This document shows positions 1 through 12,744 of a stretch of 64,000 bases of DNA, piece by piece (the first letter of the stretch is position 1; the number at the start of each line of letters is the position of its first letter). Source of the DNA: Phoronis australis (Eukaryota; Animalia; Phoronida); contig NMRA01000365.1 of the NCBI GenBank assembly GCA_002633005.1, positions 307,660 through 371,659 of the forward strand. The letters are read 5' to 3'. A program made the translations under genes and the position numbers. Below the pieces are notes generated by a model. That model was not told where the DNA came from. It did not search any database and saw nothing but the letters and a program-made list of their open reading frames with translations.

Positions 1-697
1 TGAAGATACAAAGGTAAGCGTAAAAAAATTAAAATTGCCACTAGGGGGCACACCGGTAGTCGGATCCGTCCAAAAGTCGTCATCTTCCGTTGTTAACATC
101 ATATAAATATACTTACACAATTTCGTAAAGATCCTGCGAACGGTTTAGGAGATACAGCCATAGGCACAAAAAAAACAAAACTGCCACTAGGAGGCGCCAG
201 AGTAATCGAAATCGTCGGAAAATCATCGTCAACCGTCCTCTACATAGTTAGCATATACATGCCAATTTTCACAATCATCCTTTGAGCGGTTTGGTTGATA
301 GAGGGGTGGACGCACAAAAACAGACTCGAAAACACTACAAATGGCCACTAGGTGACGCAAACTATGTCGAATCCATCTGAAAATGGCAGGATAGCGTCAT
401 CTCACTAATAGGTGCCTACATACCAAATTTCATGAAAATCCGCTTAGGACTTTTGAAGATACAAAGGTAAGCGTAAAAAACTAAAATTGCCACTAGGGGG
501 CACACCGGTAGTCGGATCCGTCCCAAAGTTCGCACATGCCATCCCATTCATGAATGGAACATATGTGCCAAATTTCATGAACGTATGTCAAAGGGTTTTG
601 GAGATAGAGCAGCGGACGCCGGACACCGCCCGGACGGACGGACGGACAGAGATGACGACATAATGCGTCCACATATAAATATGTGGGCGCATAAAAA
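1..697 (-). mobile_element. Helentron/DINE-1-like non-autonomous element, family A, copy 1 (runs off the window)
   Basis: On the minus strand it begins TTTTTATGCGCCCAC-hairpin-GTGGACGCAT, then a (GTCC)n microsatellite. Internal ~450-bp tandem units are built from GCCACTAG sub-repeats. Very similar to 42349-43028. Confidence 0.7.
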
Positions 698-705
698 GGT
701 ATACT

Positions 706-2001
706 GAGGGCTGTTCCAGCAAAATCTGCACGAGAGGGGGGGATGGCAGTTGAATTAAAATTTATGGGTGGATGTCTTTTAAAGACAATTCAAATTATGG
801 GCGGTTCTTCGTGAAAGAAATAAATCATTAAAAATGAGTCGTCTTTTTTGTCTTGTAAATGTTGACAGGTGGGTATTTTTAGCCAAACACAGACCTCAAT
901 ACCCTCTGAGAATACTCAATAAAAATTTAAAATATACAAAAACAACAAAACACGCCAATGTTGCTAGTGTACAGAGTGTAATACGTACACTATGCTATTA
1001 CTCAAGTCAAAGGCAACTAGATTACAGGCATGAGTTGTACAGTTATATTAGAATGAACATTACTGCAACACATCTAATTAATGACTTTTTCAATAAAAAA
1101 CTATGAGGATTCAGATAGACAGGTTCCAATATTCACTTGGCATAGCGGTCTGAAAGCGTTCGTGAAGACATTGAAATTTGTAGAACCGTGAAGTTGAAAA
1201 AATCTTTAAAAATTACAGACACATGGTGGACAGAGACATCTGGTGGCTGCCTAAAGTATTGCTTACTGAGGGTTCTTTGAAAAGCAAGTTCCTGGTAACT
1301 GACACAAGTTGTGATCACACATGGAATTTTGCTTTTGTGGTCACACAGTCGGTATCCCGTCTGTCCGTCCGTTCATCTGTCCGTCTATCGGTCTGACTGT
1401 CATTACCAGTTCTTGTACGTCAATTATCTCAAGAACAGCATGGCGGATCATGATGAAGAGGTATTTGGCGGGGATGCATCAGCACCAGTCGATTTTCAGA
1501 TGGATTTGCTACCATGGTACCTCATGTTGGCAGCTTTAGTTTTCGACAAGCCATTCCTTGTGTGTCGATTATCTCAGAAACTGCTTGACGGATCACGATG
1601 AAATTCGATACAGAGACATAAGGCAAGAATGTGTCGGCACCTGTCGATTTTTGGACGGATTCAATTACTATAACACCCCTCCTGTTAGTTTTCGACTATT
1701 CAAGTCATTACTTGTCCATTGATTATCTTGAAATCGATAAACGAATCATGGTGACATTTGGCATTGAGATAGGATGCTGGTATAGGCCTGCACCAGTCGA
1801 TTTTGGGACAGATTTGATAACTGTAGCACCCCCTGTTGGCTATTTTAGTTTTTGACAAGAAAGGTTGATAATCTCAAAAATCGCATTTTATATTTCAACC
1901 TAATCAAAAATTATGGGTCGTGGGTTAGAGAAATAAAAGAAAAATATGGGCGGTGGGTAAGAAATGAAAGTGCCTTTCCATACGTTTACTGGAACAGCCT
2001 T
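706..2001. mobile_element. MITE-like element with AGG(G)CTGTTCCAG termini, interrupted by other DNA
   Basis: agggctgttccagcaaaa at ~707 is an inverted match to tttactggaacagcctt ending at 2001. Similar TATGGGCGGT motifs occur in both arms. Confidence 0.35.
1330..1855 (+). mobile_element. Helentron-like non-autonomous element, family B fragment
   Basis: GTCTGTCCGTCCGT microsatellite near the 5' end, then about three degenerate ~155-bp repeats (GCACCAGTCGATTTT at ~1482, ~1637, ~1790). Confidence 0.5.
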
Positions 2002-2322
2002 GAGCGTGGTTTGGCCAGATCTCGATACCAAAAGGTATACTGAGCACTGTTTAGGTAATATGACAATCACCCTGGCACATCCTATTTCACAGAAAGGCGC
2101 CACATTTTAAAACCACCGCATTCTTATTTTATCTAACTTTAAAATTGACACTTTTTACCAGCAGAAGCAGCATTCGATATAACTTTAAGTCCAGTCTACA
2201 CTGCTCATGACTTCAATATGACACATAGATAGGACTTTAAAAGACTCTGTCATAAAAAGGTCTGTGGCTGCAGCTTTCACAAAGAGTTAAGCTGTAGCTT
2301 TGACAAAGAGTTAAGCTGCAGT

Positions 2323-2327
2323 TCAGT
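2323..2327 (-). CDS. Gene 1 putative terminal exon (coding part, D-stop)
   Basis: Strong acceptor tcttgcttttcag|AC TGA completes the phase-1 codon GAC and then stops. Tentative. Confidence 0.35.
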
Positions 2328-2692
2328 CTGAAAAGCAAGATCTAAATAAAAATTGAATTTGATCTTTCACTCTCATACTATCGGTCTCAAACAAGCTACG
2401 TTCACAGGCAATGCATACATGCTCCATTTTTGAACTCATAACTTCCGAGTTGGCCAACATTAATCAACTCTGAAGCGTTTTCTAGAGTTGTCAAATGGTT
2501 TTAATATTCTTGTTGGTGATTCTAAGGTATATTAAGAGACAGACTTCTTGAGAGTAAAGAGTCTCATTTAACTTTCATTTTGCCAGCAAAATAATATGTA
2601 ATGCAGCTTTAAGAATGATTGATTTTAGTTGTTTACAAAGATGAACCAGGATTTTTTCTAAAATCTCTTCAGAATGTAATTCGACCAAAGTT

Positions 2693-3940
2693 ACAAGAGC
2701 AACGCGAAGCATTGCAATGTGCCCACGAATGCACCACAAACTGTGCAATTCTAGGGTTGTTTCATAAAAATAGCCACTAGATGGCGCAAAAACATCCAAT
2801 TCATCTGAAAACTAGAACATGCCATAGCTATTTACCAAATTTCACAAAAATCCTTCACAGAACTTCAGAGAAACGAAAGAAAACGGAAAAAATGAAATTG
2901 CCACTATGGGGCACAGCCTTCATTCGACCCGCCTGAAAGACGTCGTCGTCTGTTGTTGGCTTCATGTAAATACGATTACTAGATCCTGCAGTGCGTTTAG
3001 GAGATGCAGCCATGGGCGCAAAACAAAACAAAACTACCAATAGGAGGCGCCACAGTAGTTGAATTCGTTTTCGTCAACAGTCCTCTTGACACTGAGAACA
3101 TATACACCAATTTTCAAAATCATTCTTACAACGGTCGAGAGGTGGACATCAAAATACAGACTAAAAACAGTAAAAATGGCCACTAGGAGGCGCAAACTAT
3201 GTCAAATCCATCCGAAAATGGATGGATAGCGTCATCTCACTAATAGATGCTTATTATGCCAAATTTTATGAAAATACATAAAGGACCTTTGAAGATACAG
3301 AGGTAAACGTGAAAAACTAAAATTGTCACTAGGGGGCACACTGGTAGTCAGATCCGTCCGTAAGTCATCGTCATTCATTGTCAACATCATAAAATACATT
3401 TGCTAAATTTAGTGAAGATCCTATCAACGGTTTTGGAGATATAGCCATGGGCGCAAAAAAACTGCCACTAGGAGGCGCAAAAGTAGTCAAAATCATCGGA
3501 AAATCGTCAGCCGTCCTCTTCGTAGTAACAACATACATGCCAATTTTCACTGTAATCCTTAGAGCGGTTTGGTTGATCGAGGGGTGGACGCCAAAAAACA
3601 AGACTAAAAAACAGTAAAAATGGCCACTAGGTGATGCAAACTACGTCAAATCCATCCGAAAACGGGAGGATAGCGTCATCTCACTAATAGATGCCTAAAT
3701 TCCATATTATATGAAAACACGTTGAGGACCTTTGAAGACATAAAGGTCAGCATAAAAAACTAAAATTGCCACTAGGTGCACACTGGTAGTTGGATCCGTC
3801 CGAAAGTTCACTCATACCGTCCCAACCACGAAAGGAACATATGTGCGAAATTTCATGAATGTACGTCAGAGCAGCGGACACCGGACAGACTGAAATGACA
3901 GCATAATGCATCCATATAAAAGTATGTGGGTGCATAATAA
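2693..3940 (-). mobile_element. Helentron-like non-autonomous element, family A, copy 2
   Basis: Ends acaagagcaacgcgaagcattgcaatgtgcccac and gtgggtgcataataa. Same GCCACTAG internal repeats as 1-697. Confidence 0.7.
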
Positions 3941-4074
3941 CATTTAGTCAATTACAGAATAGAAAATTTCAGAATAGAACATTTTGATAAGAATGAATAA
4001 GACAATAGGACACAATTCTAGAAACAGCTACACCAAGAATATGTGATACATAAGAAGACTTATAGCAATACTAC

Positions 4075-4161
4075 CACTGCTTTTCTTCGTCTTCTTCAAT
4101 CCAAATACTTTGAGAAGATTCTTCACTTTCTGCTTAGAGGCTGTAGTCTTGATATTGCGTC
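4075..4161 (-). CDS. Gene 1 coding exon 5 (GRNIKTTASKQKVKNLLKVFGLKKTKKSS)
   Basis: ttttcag acceptor, 87 nt, phase 1-1, Lys-rich. The donor gtagta is weak. Confidence 0.65.
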
Positions 4162-4563
4162 CTGAAAAGTAAACCGGTATATCCGTTTTCGCAAAAGATG
4201 AGTCGTACAGAATAAATCCTTAGTCATTTCTATCCCATAGCCAACAGTGAACAATGTTGTAAGAGATTCTGATCTTTCACAACAATGTTAGAAACTTTTG
4301 AAAAGAGAAAAATAATTGGCAACAATTTCGGTATAAATTGGTGATTATAAAGCACTGATGAACTTTGTCCGAGTTCAGCAAAAATCTGACTGTTGTAAGT
4401 TTTACAGCATTTACATATGTATCTGAGGGTACACTTAACAACAACAAACATGATTTAACTTGTGCTATTCATTTCAATAAGTTGTTGGAATCAGCCTCAA
4501 AACAGCGTAGCTATGTTTCCCATAAATGCAAACTGCCTTTCATAACCCCTTAAGTCCACATAC

Positions 4564-4653
4564 CTTTCACAACAGGTTTATCCCTCTTAGTTTTGTTATT
4601 GCGGGGTCCTTTCTTTACTCTCTTGATTGGTGCAGAGTTGAGTTTGTCATTTT
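4564..4653 (-). CDS. Gene 1 coding exon 4 (ENDKLNSAPIKRVKKGPRNNKTKRDKPVVK)
   Basis: ttttcag acceptor, gtatgt donor, 90 nt, phase 1-1. Confidence 0.75.
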
Positions 4654-4860
4654 CTGAAAAGAAATGCAGCGTGATAGAACAAAGTAACACATTCACAGCA
4701 ATCGTCTTGAAGTATATAGGTCATCAGCCACAGGTAAAGAATATTTCTACAGGGGCTTAATTTTCAAACCCAAGCAACAAACACTTGAAGCCTGTTTTGT
4801 GGTAAATATCCAAGCAAATCTGCAAACTACAGTCACTTGAAAAACTCGAACCACAGAACT

Positions 4861-5650
4861 GGTCCTCAGGTAATTGGCGTCTGTCAGAATATAGTCCAAC
4901 ATTATTATTAGTTATATTCTTTTGTTTTGTTTTGTTTTGTTATTCAGTTTGATTAGCATGACCCCTGAGTTAAGTACAACGGTGATGTAATTTGTTTACT
5001 GCAGTATATTGTGGAACTTTCTAGAAGACTCTGGCATGACAGTGATTAATGCAGTCTGGAATATTCTAGAGACTAGTACATGTTTGTAGAATGGTTGGGT
5101 AGATTCAGGAAAGTTCCAGAATGTGCTTGAATTGATGTAAAGTTCCAGAACAATGCATTAGGCTATAAATACACAAGCACGGGTTTGTGTTAGGGAGATC
5201 AAGTCAGTTCAAGAGAAGATCAAGTCAGTTCAAGAAAGTTAATCAGGAGAATTGCAGTTGAGTTACAGTGAAGAGAATCAGCAGTTACAGCGATAGTCAA
5301 TAGAGAGCCGGCTATAGAGACAGCAGGTTATTGAATCAACGAGTGTAACAGTTGCAGAACATGTCTCAGAAGTTCATCACAAGTCAAGGCTTCACAGCAC
5401 TGGCTGGAGCATAAACAGACATTACGTCGGACGTTTTGTTTGAGTAGGCTTGTGAACATATGGTCAGGATTAATAAAGGATTAACTCGAACCAGTCTTCA
5501 GTCAATCGTCGCACCGAAAGCTGATTAGCACCGGTCTGTAACAACCTGCGCCCCACCCACACACGGGGAAAAACGTGACAGCGTCAAAAGCTTAAGACTG
5601 AGAATCCAAAGATCCCGAGTTCACAGCCGGCCAGTGGCTGATATTTTGAT
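4861..5650 (+). mobile_element. tRNA-derived SINE head split by a solo LTR
   Basis: Removing the LTR and one TSD gives GGTCCTCAGGTAATTGGCGTCAAAAGCTTAAGACTGAGAATCCAAAGATCCCGAGTTCACAGCCGG, with degenerate A and B boxes. Confidence 0.5.
4882..5580 (+). mobile_element. Solo LTR (699 bp)
   Basis: TGTCA...TGACA inverted termini and a perfect 5-bp TSD GCGTC (4877-4881 / 5581-5585). TATA box ctataaata at ~5163 and AATAAA at ~5472. Confidence 0.85.
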
Positions 5651-5652
5651 TT

Positions 5653-6430
5653 GCAACATCACAGTGCCTTCTGACCTATACCATATCTTACTAACTGTAC
5701 AGTAGTAAGCAACATCACAGTACCTTCTGACCTATACCATATCTTACTAACTGTACAGTAGTAAGCAACATCACAGTACCTTCTGACCTATACCATATCT
5801 TACTAACTGTACAGTAGTAAGCAACATCACAGTACCTTCTGACCTATACCATATCTTACTAACTGTACAGTAGTAAGCAACATCACAGTACCTTCTGACC
5901 TATACCATATCTTACTAACTGTACAGTAGTAAGCAACATCACAGTACCTTCTGACCTATACCATATCTTACTAACTGTACAGTAGTAAGCAACATCACAG
6001 TACCTTCTGACCTATACCATATCTTACTAACTGTACAGTAGTAAGCAACATCACAGTACCTTCTGACCTATACCATATCTTACTAACTGTACAGTAGTAA
6101 GCAACATCACAGTACCTTCTGACCTATACCATATCTTACTAACTGTACAGTAGTAAGCAACATCACAGTACCTTCTGACCTATACCATATCTTACTAACT
6201 GTACAGTAGTAAGCAACATCACAGTACCTTCTGACCTATACCATATCTTACTAACTGTACAGTAGTAAGCAACATCACAGTACCTTCTGACCTACACCAT
6301 ATCTTACTAACTGTACAGTAGTAAGCAACATCACAGTGCCTTCTGACCTATACCATATCTTACTAACTGTACAGTAGTAAGCAACATCACAGTGCCTTCT
6401 GACCTATATCATATCTTACTAACTGTAAGC
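5653..6430. repeat. 56-bp minisatellite, ~14 nearly identical copies
   Basis: Unit GCAACATCACAGTACCTTCTGACCTATACCATATCTTACTAACTGTACAGTAGTAA, period 56, no unique spacers. Confidence 0.95.
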
Positions 6431-6711
6431 AAAAATAAAGTACACAAGTGTCTTTGAAATTTAGTCTAGTAGCTACTATAGAGTACGCATGGGAGACCTA
6501 GAAATTCTTGGTAGTTAGTATAAATTTGCAGGACTTATAACTTAAGCAAATATGGATTGACACTATTCATTTTAAATGCTTCCCCTAACAGATGCAATTA
6601 ATGCAGATACAAATTATGCATGTGAATCAAACAATTGCAATTAATTACATGGTTTCCACGATTCAAGTATTCATTCTAGTTTTTCCACAATGGTTATTGT
6701 TCAGGCCATTA

Positions 6712-7047
6712 CTTAGTATCATGTCACCAAGGGGTGGAAGCACCATCTATGTAACCGAACATACTCTATACACGATGACCAAGTTCCAGGGACCAAGGTG
6801 GGAGGACCGTATTCCAAAGTCATGCTTTTACATTATCTAAATAGCCATGAATCCAGTAGTCTTGGGGAATGGAAGTTGGTCATCATGTATGGAGTCTTTT
6901 CGGTGCATGTATGGAGTTCAGGGGTGCAAATCTAAGGATTTGTACAGCGGGTTTAGTGTCTTTGGGTATGGAACAGGAGTTTATGTGATCATAGCTGGAT
7001 TCTAGAGGTGCTATAGTGGAATTGCTATCACCACTTGGTTACGTAAG
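6712..7047. repeat. Degenerate inverted repeat (MITE-like)
   Basis: 6725-6787 is a reverse-complement match to 6871-6915 plus 7023-7040. Confidence 0.4.
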
Positions 7048-8536
7048 CAACAAAATCATTAGGACAGTTAGCTTGAAGTTATAATCAGCCAACAATTACA
7101 GACAAGATGGCTTTAGGATGCATGGCATGATATGGCTTGTGAACTGAGTGTAACTCCATTATATGCACTGAAAGTGGACCCCCCTCAGATATTTAAGGGT
7201 TTGTTGAAATGAGAACGATACAGCTGACAACATCTATAGTTAAAATTTTTAATTTTCAATGCAGACAATTTCCGTGGCTGGTAGTAGTCAATTCAGCATT
7301 TCCGTTTACCTTGCCAGTCAATTTCATTTTTTGCTATTGAGTTTCCTGTGAAAGTCAAAATTTCAACACTAGATTTGCAACTAGTGGACTCCAAGAACGT
7401 TTTCAGTTTCATAGCAGTAGCATAACATTATACAATAACAAAATGCTTCTAATTTAAATCTCTATGCAATACTGTGATGTTTTTCAACTTTTCCACTTTA
7501 TTTCATTACATAATGCAGTATAACATGATGTGAAATCTATAAAATACATTATTCTCGATATTGCAATGATAAGAAGTCGTTAATTTTATCAATTTTTACA
7601 TGTTTTATAGTTCTTTAAATTCTTTTATGTTTTTATTCTTTTCTATTTACCCATCTTTAATAAGATTACCTGTACTCTAATATTGGTAGTAAAAGTTCTA
7701 CATAGACTATAAGCAGTTGTCTTATATACATTTTTGGTTCCCTTTTAAGATACATGGCCTCATACCAGTTATATAACGTAGTAAAAAACCAACATACTTG
7801 TCAATGGACCCGTTTTGATAGGAACGTCATACCTTTTGAAGGTTTCTTCAGCCATACTGTTCCACCATCCAAATGTCCCGCATTTTGACACACAGCATAA
7901 TTGACTGATTAACGTTTACGGCTAGTTCAAAATCAAGGTCCATATTCGAGAGTTGACTGTGTTACGGTCTCAAATAATTTTTTTTGATCACTTAACAAAT
8001 GCAAACTGAATCTCAAATGAAAAGAGTTATTTAGATGTTTTCGTCTAAGAATTTCAAGCATTTTTAGCGTTACGAGTAGCCATTTTAAAAATTACAATTT
8101 TCAATTGCCAACAGTAGAAAAGCAATTTATTTTATCAAGTAAGCAATTGCTTAGATATGACTGGGAATAACTTGAGTCACTTTCAGAATCACTTAAGATG
8201 CAGTTGTGCTTAATCACTGAGAAATGGCAGGGTTCATCATAAAACAGGCACTCGTTACGAAATTTGTAAATTCTATGTTTCTAACCCTCACCCACTGTAA
8301 AGAAGGTTAAAACCTAAAGTTCACACTCTGTAATAAAAAGAACTACAGAATCTGTTAGCCTAAGCAACACAGCAAATTATTCAATATCTAAACAAACCAA
8401 AAGTTTGGATATTGACTGGGTTCTGCTATGTTGAAAATGGGCCAAAAAGGCTAACGTATCCCCATGTGGAATTCAGTAACACAAATGGTCATTGCAAATG
8501 AAATTATTGCCTTTTAAATAACAACATGGTCAAATG

Positions 8537-8832
8537 TCAATCTAATTTACCTGTAGTGCCTGATACTGTTGCTATAAGAACAAGTAGAATTATCAATAAT
8601 GGCTGCCTCCATGAAATTCATTGTCCCCATAAACATGGGTGCAAATATCAATCTAATTTACCTGTAGTGCCTGATACTGTTGCTATCAGAACAAGTAGAA
8701 TTGTCAATAATGGCTGCCTCCATGAAATTCATTGTCCTCATAAACATGGGTGCAAATATCAATCTAATTTACCTGTAGTGCCTGATACCACAGCTATAAG
8801 CACAAAAGAATTTTCAACAATGGATGCCTCAA
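8537..8832. repeat. 111-bp tandem repeat, ~2.6 copies
   Basis: TCAATCTAATTTACCTGTAGTGCCTGATAC recurs at 8537, 8648 and 8759. Confidence 0.85.
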
Positions 8833-11800
8833 TTTGAATAATTTATGCAAATTATCGATGTATCCACCTCCAAAGTACCTCCATTATATTAACTGACCAT
8901 AGAAAAATGGGTGAAAACATTAATCTAATGAATCTCCAATGCTTGGTATAATCCAAAACAGAATTTTGCATACTGGCGGACTTAATTTGCATGTCTAAAA
9001 AATATTCATGGTTGTCAAGATTGCAACCCAGCTAAAAGGCTTCAGGAAGGGCACCTAGAAATGAAACAACCAAAAAACCTTATACCACCAAGAATATCCA
9101 GGTGTTTTTTACTTCTGGTAAGATGGCGCAACGAATGCGCATGCTTGCTTTTTCAACAGGTAAATAGCCTGCAAATTTAATTTTTTTTCCGGCTTTTCAT
9201 ATTTGTTGAAATGGGACATCATAAAGGAAGCAACTGAATATAACTGATTATTCAAGAACTCGCTCCCAGTCTATGCCAACAGCCGAAAATGTTCAAAATT
9301 CAAGCTCAGTGACTATTGCCGAGTCCGAGCCGGCATGGTTCGCTATCGCCAGACGTCAACTGGATTTGATACGAGCTCTATGAGCTCAAGTTATTAATAG
9401 ACAACATTCATGTCACTGCTGAGGAAAGTAATACCCGGTCTAAGGATTAAAACAACTTACTGAGGAAAAACGTCGAATGAAGACTAAGTTGTCTGAGATA
9501 GAATATCAATCAAGAAGTCAAATCATTCTACGCTTCGGTAAAATCCCGAAACCCCCGACGAATCTTGTCTTGACAAACTAAAGGCAATACTGCAAGATAT
9601 CTTTACAAAATGTGAAGCTGTCAGTTTTGAAAGATTTCACAGGGTATGACTGGCTCACCAAGGTAAACCAAGAGACATAATAGCAAAGTTTTTGTATTAC
9701 CAAGACCGGCAGAAAGTATGGAAAAACCGAGGAAATTTCAAAGGTACCAACTATTTTGTATATTTTGAAGACTTCCCCCAGGATGTGGTAATGAGAAGAA
9801 AGCGTCTTGTATCGATTCAAAAAAAGGTAAGAACCCATCCTAATGTAAACACCTCATACATGTTCAAGGCAGGCTTTATCCAAGGACATAGGTGCATTAC
9901 CATCATTCCTACAGGACTATAAACTGTTATAACGGACAAAGTCTATGATTTTCACTAGGAACAGCTAATTAAAACTTAAAATGTGTGTTGTCCTGTGTTT
10001 TCTTCGTTTTACGTTATTTTTTCCTTTCTGAAGGGAAAATAATTGATAATTTTCATTCATGTGAGGATCTGGAAATGTTGATAGGCTCGGCTGGTTGAAC
10101 ACCGTGGGTTGGACTCCAGTGTCGTACTTCGATCTATTAGTTACAGTCAGGGTAAGACTGAAGCACAGATTTTATTCATCTTTTCAGATACAGTGGACCC
10201 TAATTTGCATGTAAATGCAGGCTGTTGGTTTTGCCAATGCTAGTCCACTTATTGTCCTATTTGTTTGGTGTGGCGTGAATGTGAGTGAGATTGCCGGGAT
10301 TAGTTGTAGTATCGTGAAGTTACTATTTGGTAATGGATGACATTAAAAGATTTTCCCTGAATTGTAGGGGTTTGCAAGACATAGAAAAATGTAGAGATGT
10401 ATTTAATTATATCCAAAACAAAAACTTGTCTATGTACTGTCTGCAGGACACACATTTCAAACAGCCAGATGAAACTAACTGTACGGGCAAGGTGGGGGTG
10501 GTGAGGTGCGTATGAGTTGTGGTTTTACTAATTCAAGAGGGGTTTGTATTTTATTTAGTACCAACTTTTATTTCAAATTAAATCCACATGCCATGATCAT
10601 GAAGGAAATTTTACTTGTAAATCTCATATTAGAAAAGAATATTAGTGATACAGTTATCAATATTTATGGACCAAATAAGGATGATGCAAACTTTTATAGA
10701 TCCATATCAGATTCTTTATTGGACTTCAGAATTTACAATGCTGTGCGGTGACTGCAATTTGGTCCAAGACTTCGAATTGGACAGTTATAACTATGCACAC
10801 CTACACAGCCCCAAAGCAAGAGATGCGGTCAAACATTTTTCTTCCACATATAATTTGATTGATCCGTGGCGTCTTGCTCATCCAACTGCAAAGCAATTTA
10901 CTTGGAAGAGAGTGAATACAGTTAAAAAGGCACGACTGGATTTCTTTCTTGTTTCACAAGAATTAAGTAATTTATTGGAATGATCCAGAAGTGATCTTGG
11001 ATACAGGACTGACCATTTCAGCGTTAGCCTTTTTTTCGTATTACAGACTCTTTCAGAGGTTGTGGGCTTTGACATTTCAACAATTCTCTTCTCCATGACA
11101 GCTATTGTGTTTATTTAGTTAAAACTATTCTACAAGAAGTTTCGAGCGAGTATGCAGCATTTTCCTATAATAGAGAATCTATATCTGAAATTCCTCAAAT
11201 TGAAATATACAATTTACAATTGATGACTCATTGCTTTTTGAGGTCTTGTTGATGAAAATAAAAGAGATCAAACTATTCACATTTGTAAAGGAAAACTTAC
11301 TAAAAGTAAGAATTTTATCAATAATTTAGAGGACAAAAGAGCCATTATTTACTTTGTCTTAACAGGACCAATCCCCATTGCTAGAAGAACTTCTAGACTA
11401 GACAAATAAAGAATAAAAAGAATATAGGGAAAAACAACTGAAAGGACATATAGTACATTCTTGTACATGGTGAGAAACCATCAGGACATTTTTCCAGCTT
11501 AGAAAAGCAAAATTATGTTAATAAAAACATACTGGCCAAGGCAATTTCATTTCAAATCAAAAAGAATTGCGTGCTAAAATACATAATTTTTATAAATTGT
11601 TGTATACCTGTAAAGATGACTCTTAACAAAATTTTAACTTTGATTTTGGTCAATATAATTATAAAAAACTTGATAATTTTGAAAGTAAAAAAATTGATAA
11701 TACTGTCTCAACCAACGAAACTCTAAATGTCTTAAAAAATATGAAGAATAATAAAATGCTTGGCCCCGATTCTCCTGGGCAGACTTTGCCCGTCTTTTTA

Positions 11801-11883
11801 GTGCGATCTTTCAATAATAGTTATGATTATGGTCATTAACCTGCCAGTCAACACCGAGGACTTATAACTACTATATCGAAACC

Positions 11884-12120
11884 AAATAAGCCTAGAGAAT
11901 TCCTTGGCAGCTGGCGACCAATCTCACTGCTCAATACCAGTTACATGTACAAACTGGCGACCAATCTCACTGCTCAATACCAGTTACATGTACAAAATAA
12001 GCCTATAGAATTCCTCGGCAACTGGCGACCAATCTCACTGCTCAATACCAGTTACATGTACAAAATAAGCCTATAGAATTCCTCGGCAACTGGCGACCAA
12101 TCTCACTGCTCAATACCAGT
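11884..12120. repeat. Tandem duplications (~42-70 bp) of the RT WRPISLLN-coding segment inside the LINE
   Basis: CTGGCGACCAATCTCACTGCTCAATACCAGTT occurs four times. Confidence 0.85.
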
Positions 12121-12690
12121 TGGCTGCATTGCCCAACGCATTAGATCAGTAATCGGTTATTTAATTAATCGTATTCAGATGGGTTTTATAAAAATTAGGT
12201 TCATTGGCAAAAACACAATAACTATTTACGATTTGATTCAATTTACTGAAGACAATAATATTCCGGGAGGCTCCGTGTTAGTGTCAACTTTGAAAAAGCA
12301 TTCGACTATGTTTCTTGGAAATTTATATAATTTTATGATACTTTACGCTTCTTCAATTTTGGTTCAGACTTCATCAAATGGGTCCATCTTTTAAACAATG
12401 GAGCTAAATTATGCGTTATTCAGCATGGTTACACTTCGAATTATTTTGAGATTGGCTGCCGTTGCCAGCAAGGAGACACTCTTTCTCTGTATTTATTTAT
12501 CTTATGTGCAGAAATTACGGCTATAATGTTCTGGCAAAATAATATAAAAGATTTGAATGCTGGTCAGCTAAAATTGAAAATTATTCAATATGTAGACGAC
12601 ACAGTTCTTTGCCTGGATGGTTCCAATGAATCGTTGACAAATTCTCTCAGTCTTTTAGACCAGTTTCATAAATACTCTGGCTTAAAACCA

Positions 12691-12744
12691 AATCTAGACA
12701 AAACAATCTAGACAAAACAATCTAGACAAAACAATCTAGACAAA
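12691..12744. repeat. 14-bp tandem repeat x4 inside the LINE RT
   Basis: AATCTAGACAAAAC x4. Confidence 0.85.

Noticed and set aside
1133-1318. Further exon of gene 1
   Set aside because: No ankyrin or PARP-like sequence in the frames I read and no convincing splice pair. More likely UTR or intergenic.
5653-6430. CRISPR-like regular array
   Set aside because: The units are contiguous and identical, with no unique spacers and no cas genes, in a eukaryotic context. It is a minisatellite.
7797-7890. Possible extra minus-strand exon with a gtatgt donor
   Set aside because: No good acceptor, and exons 3 and 4 of gene 1 already join in phase without it.
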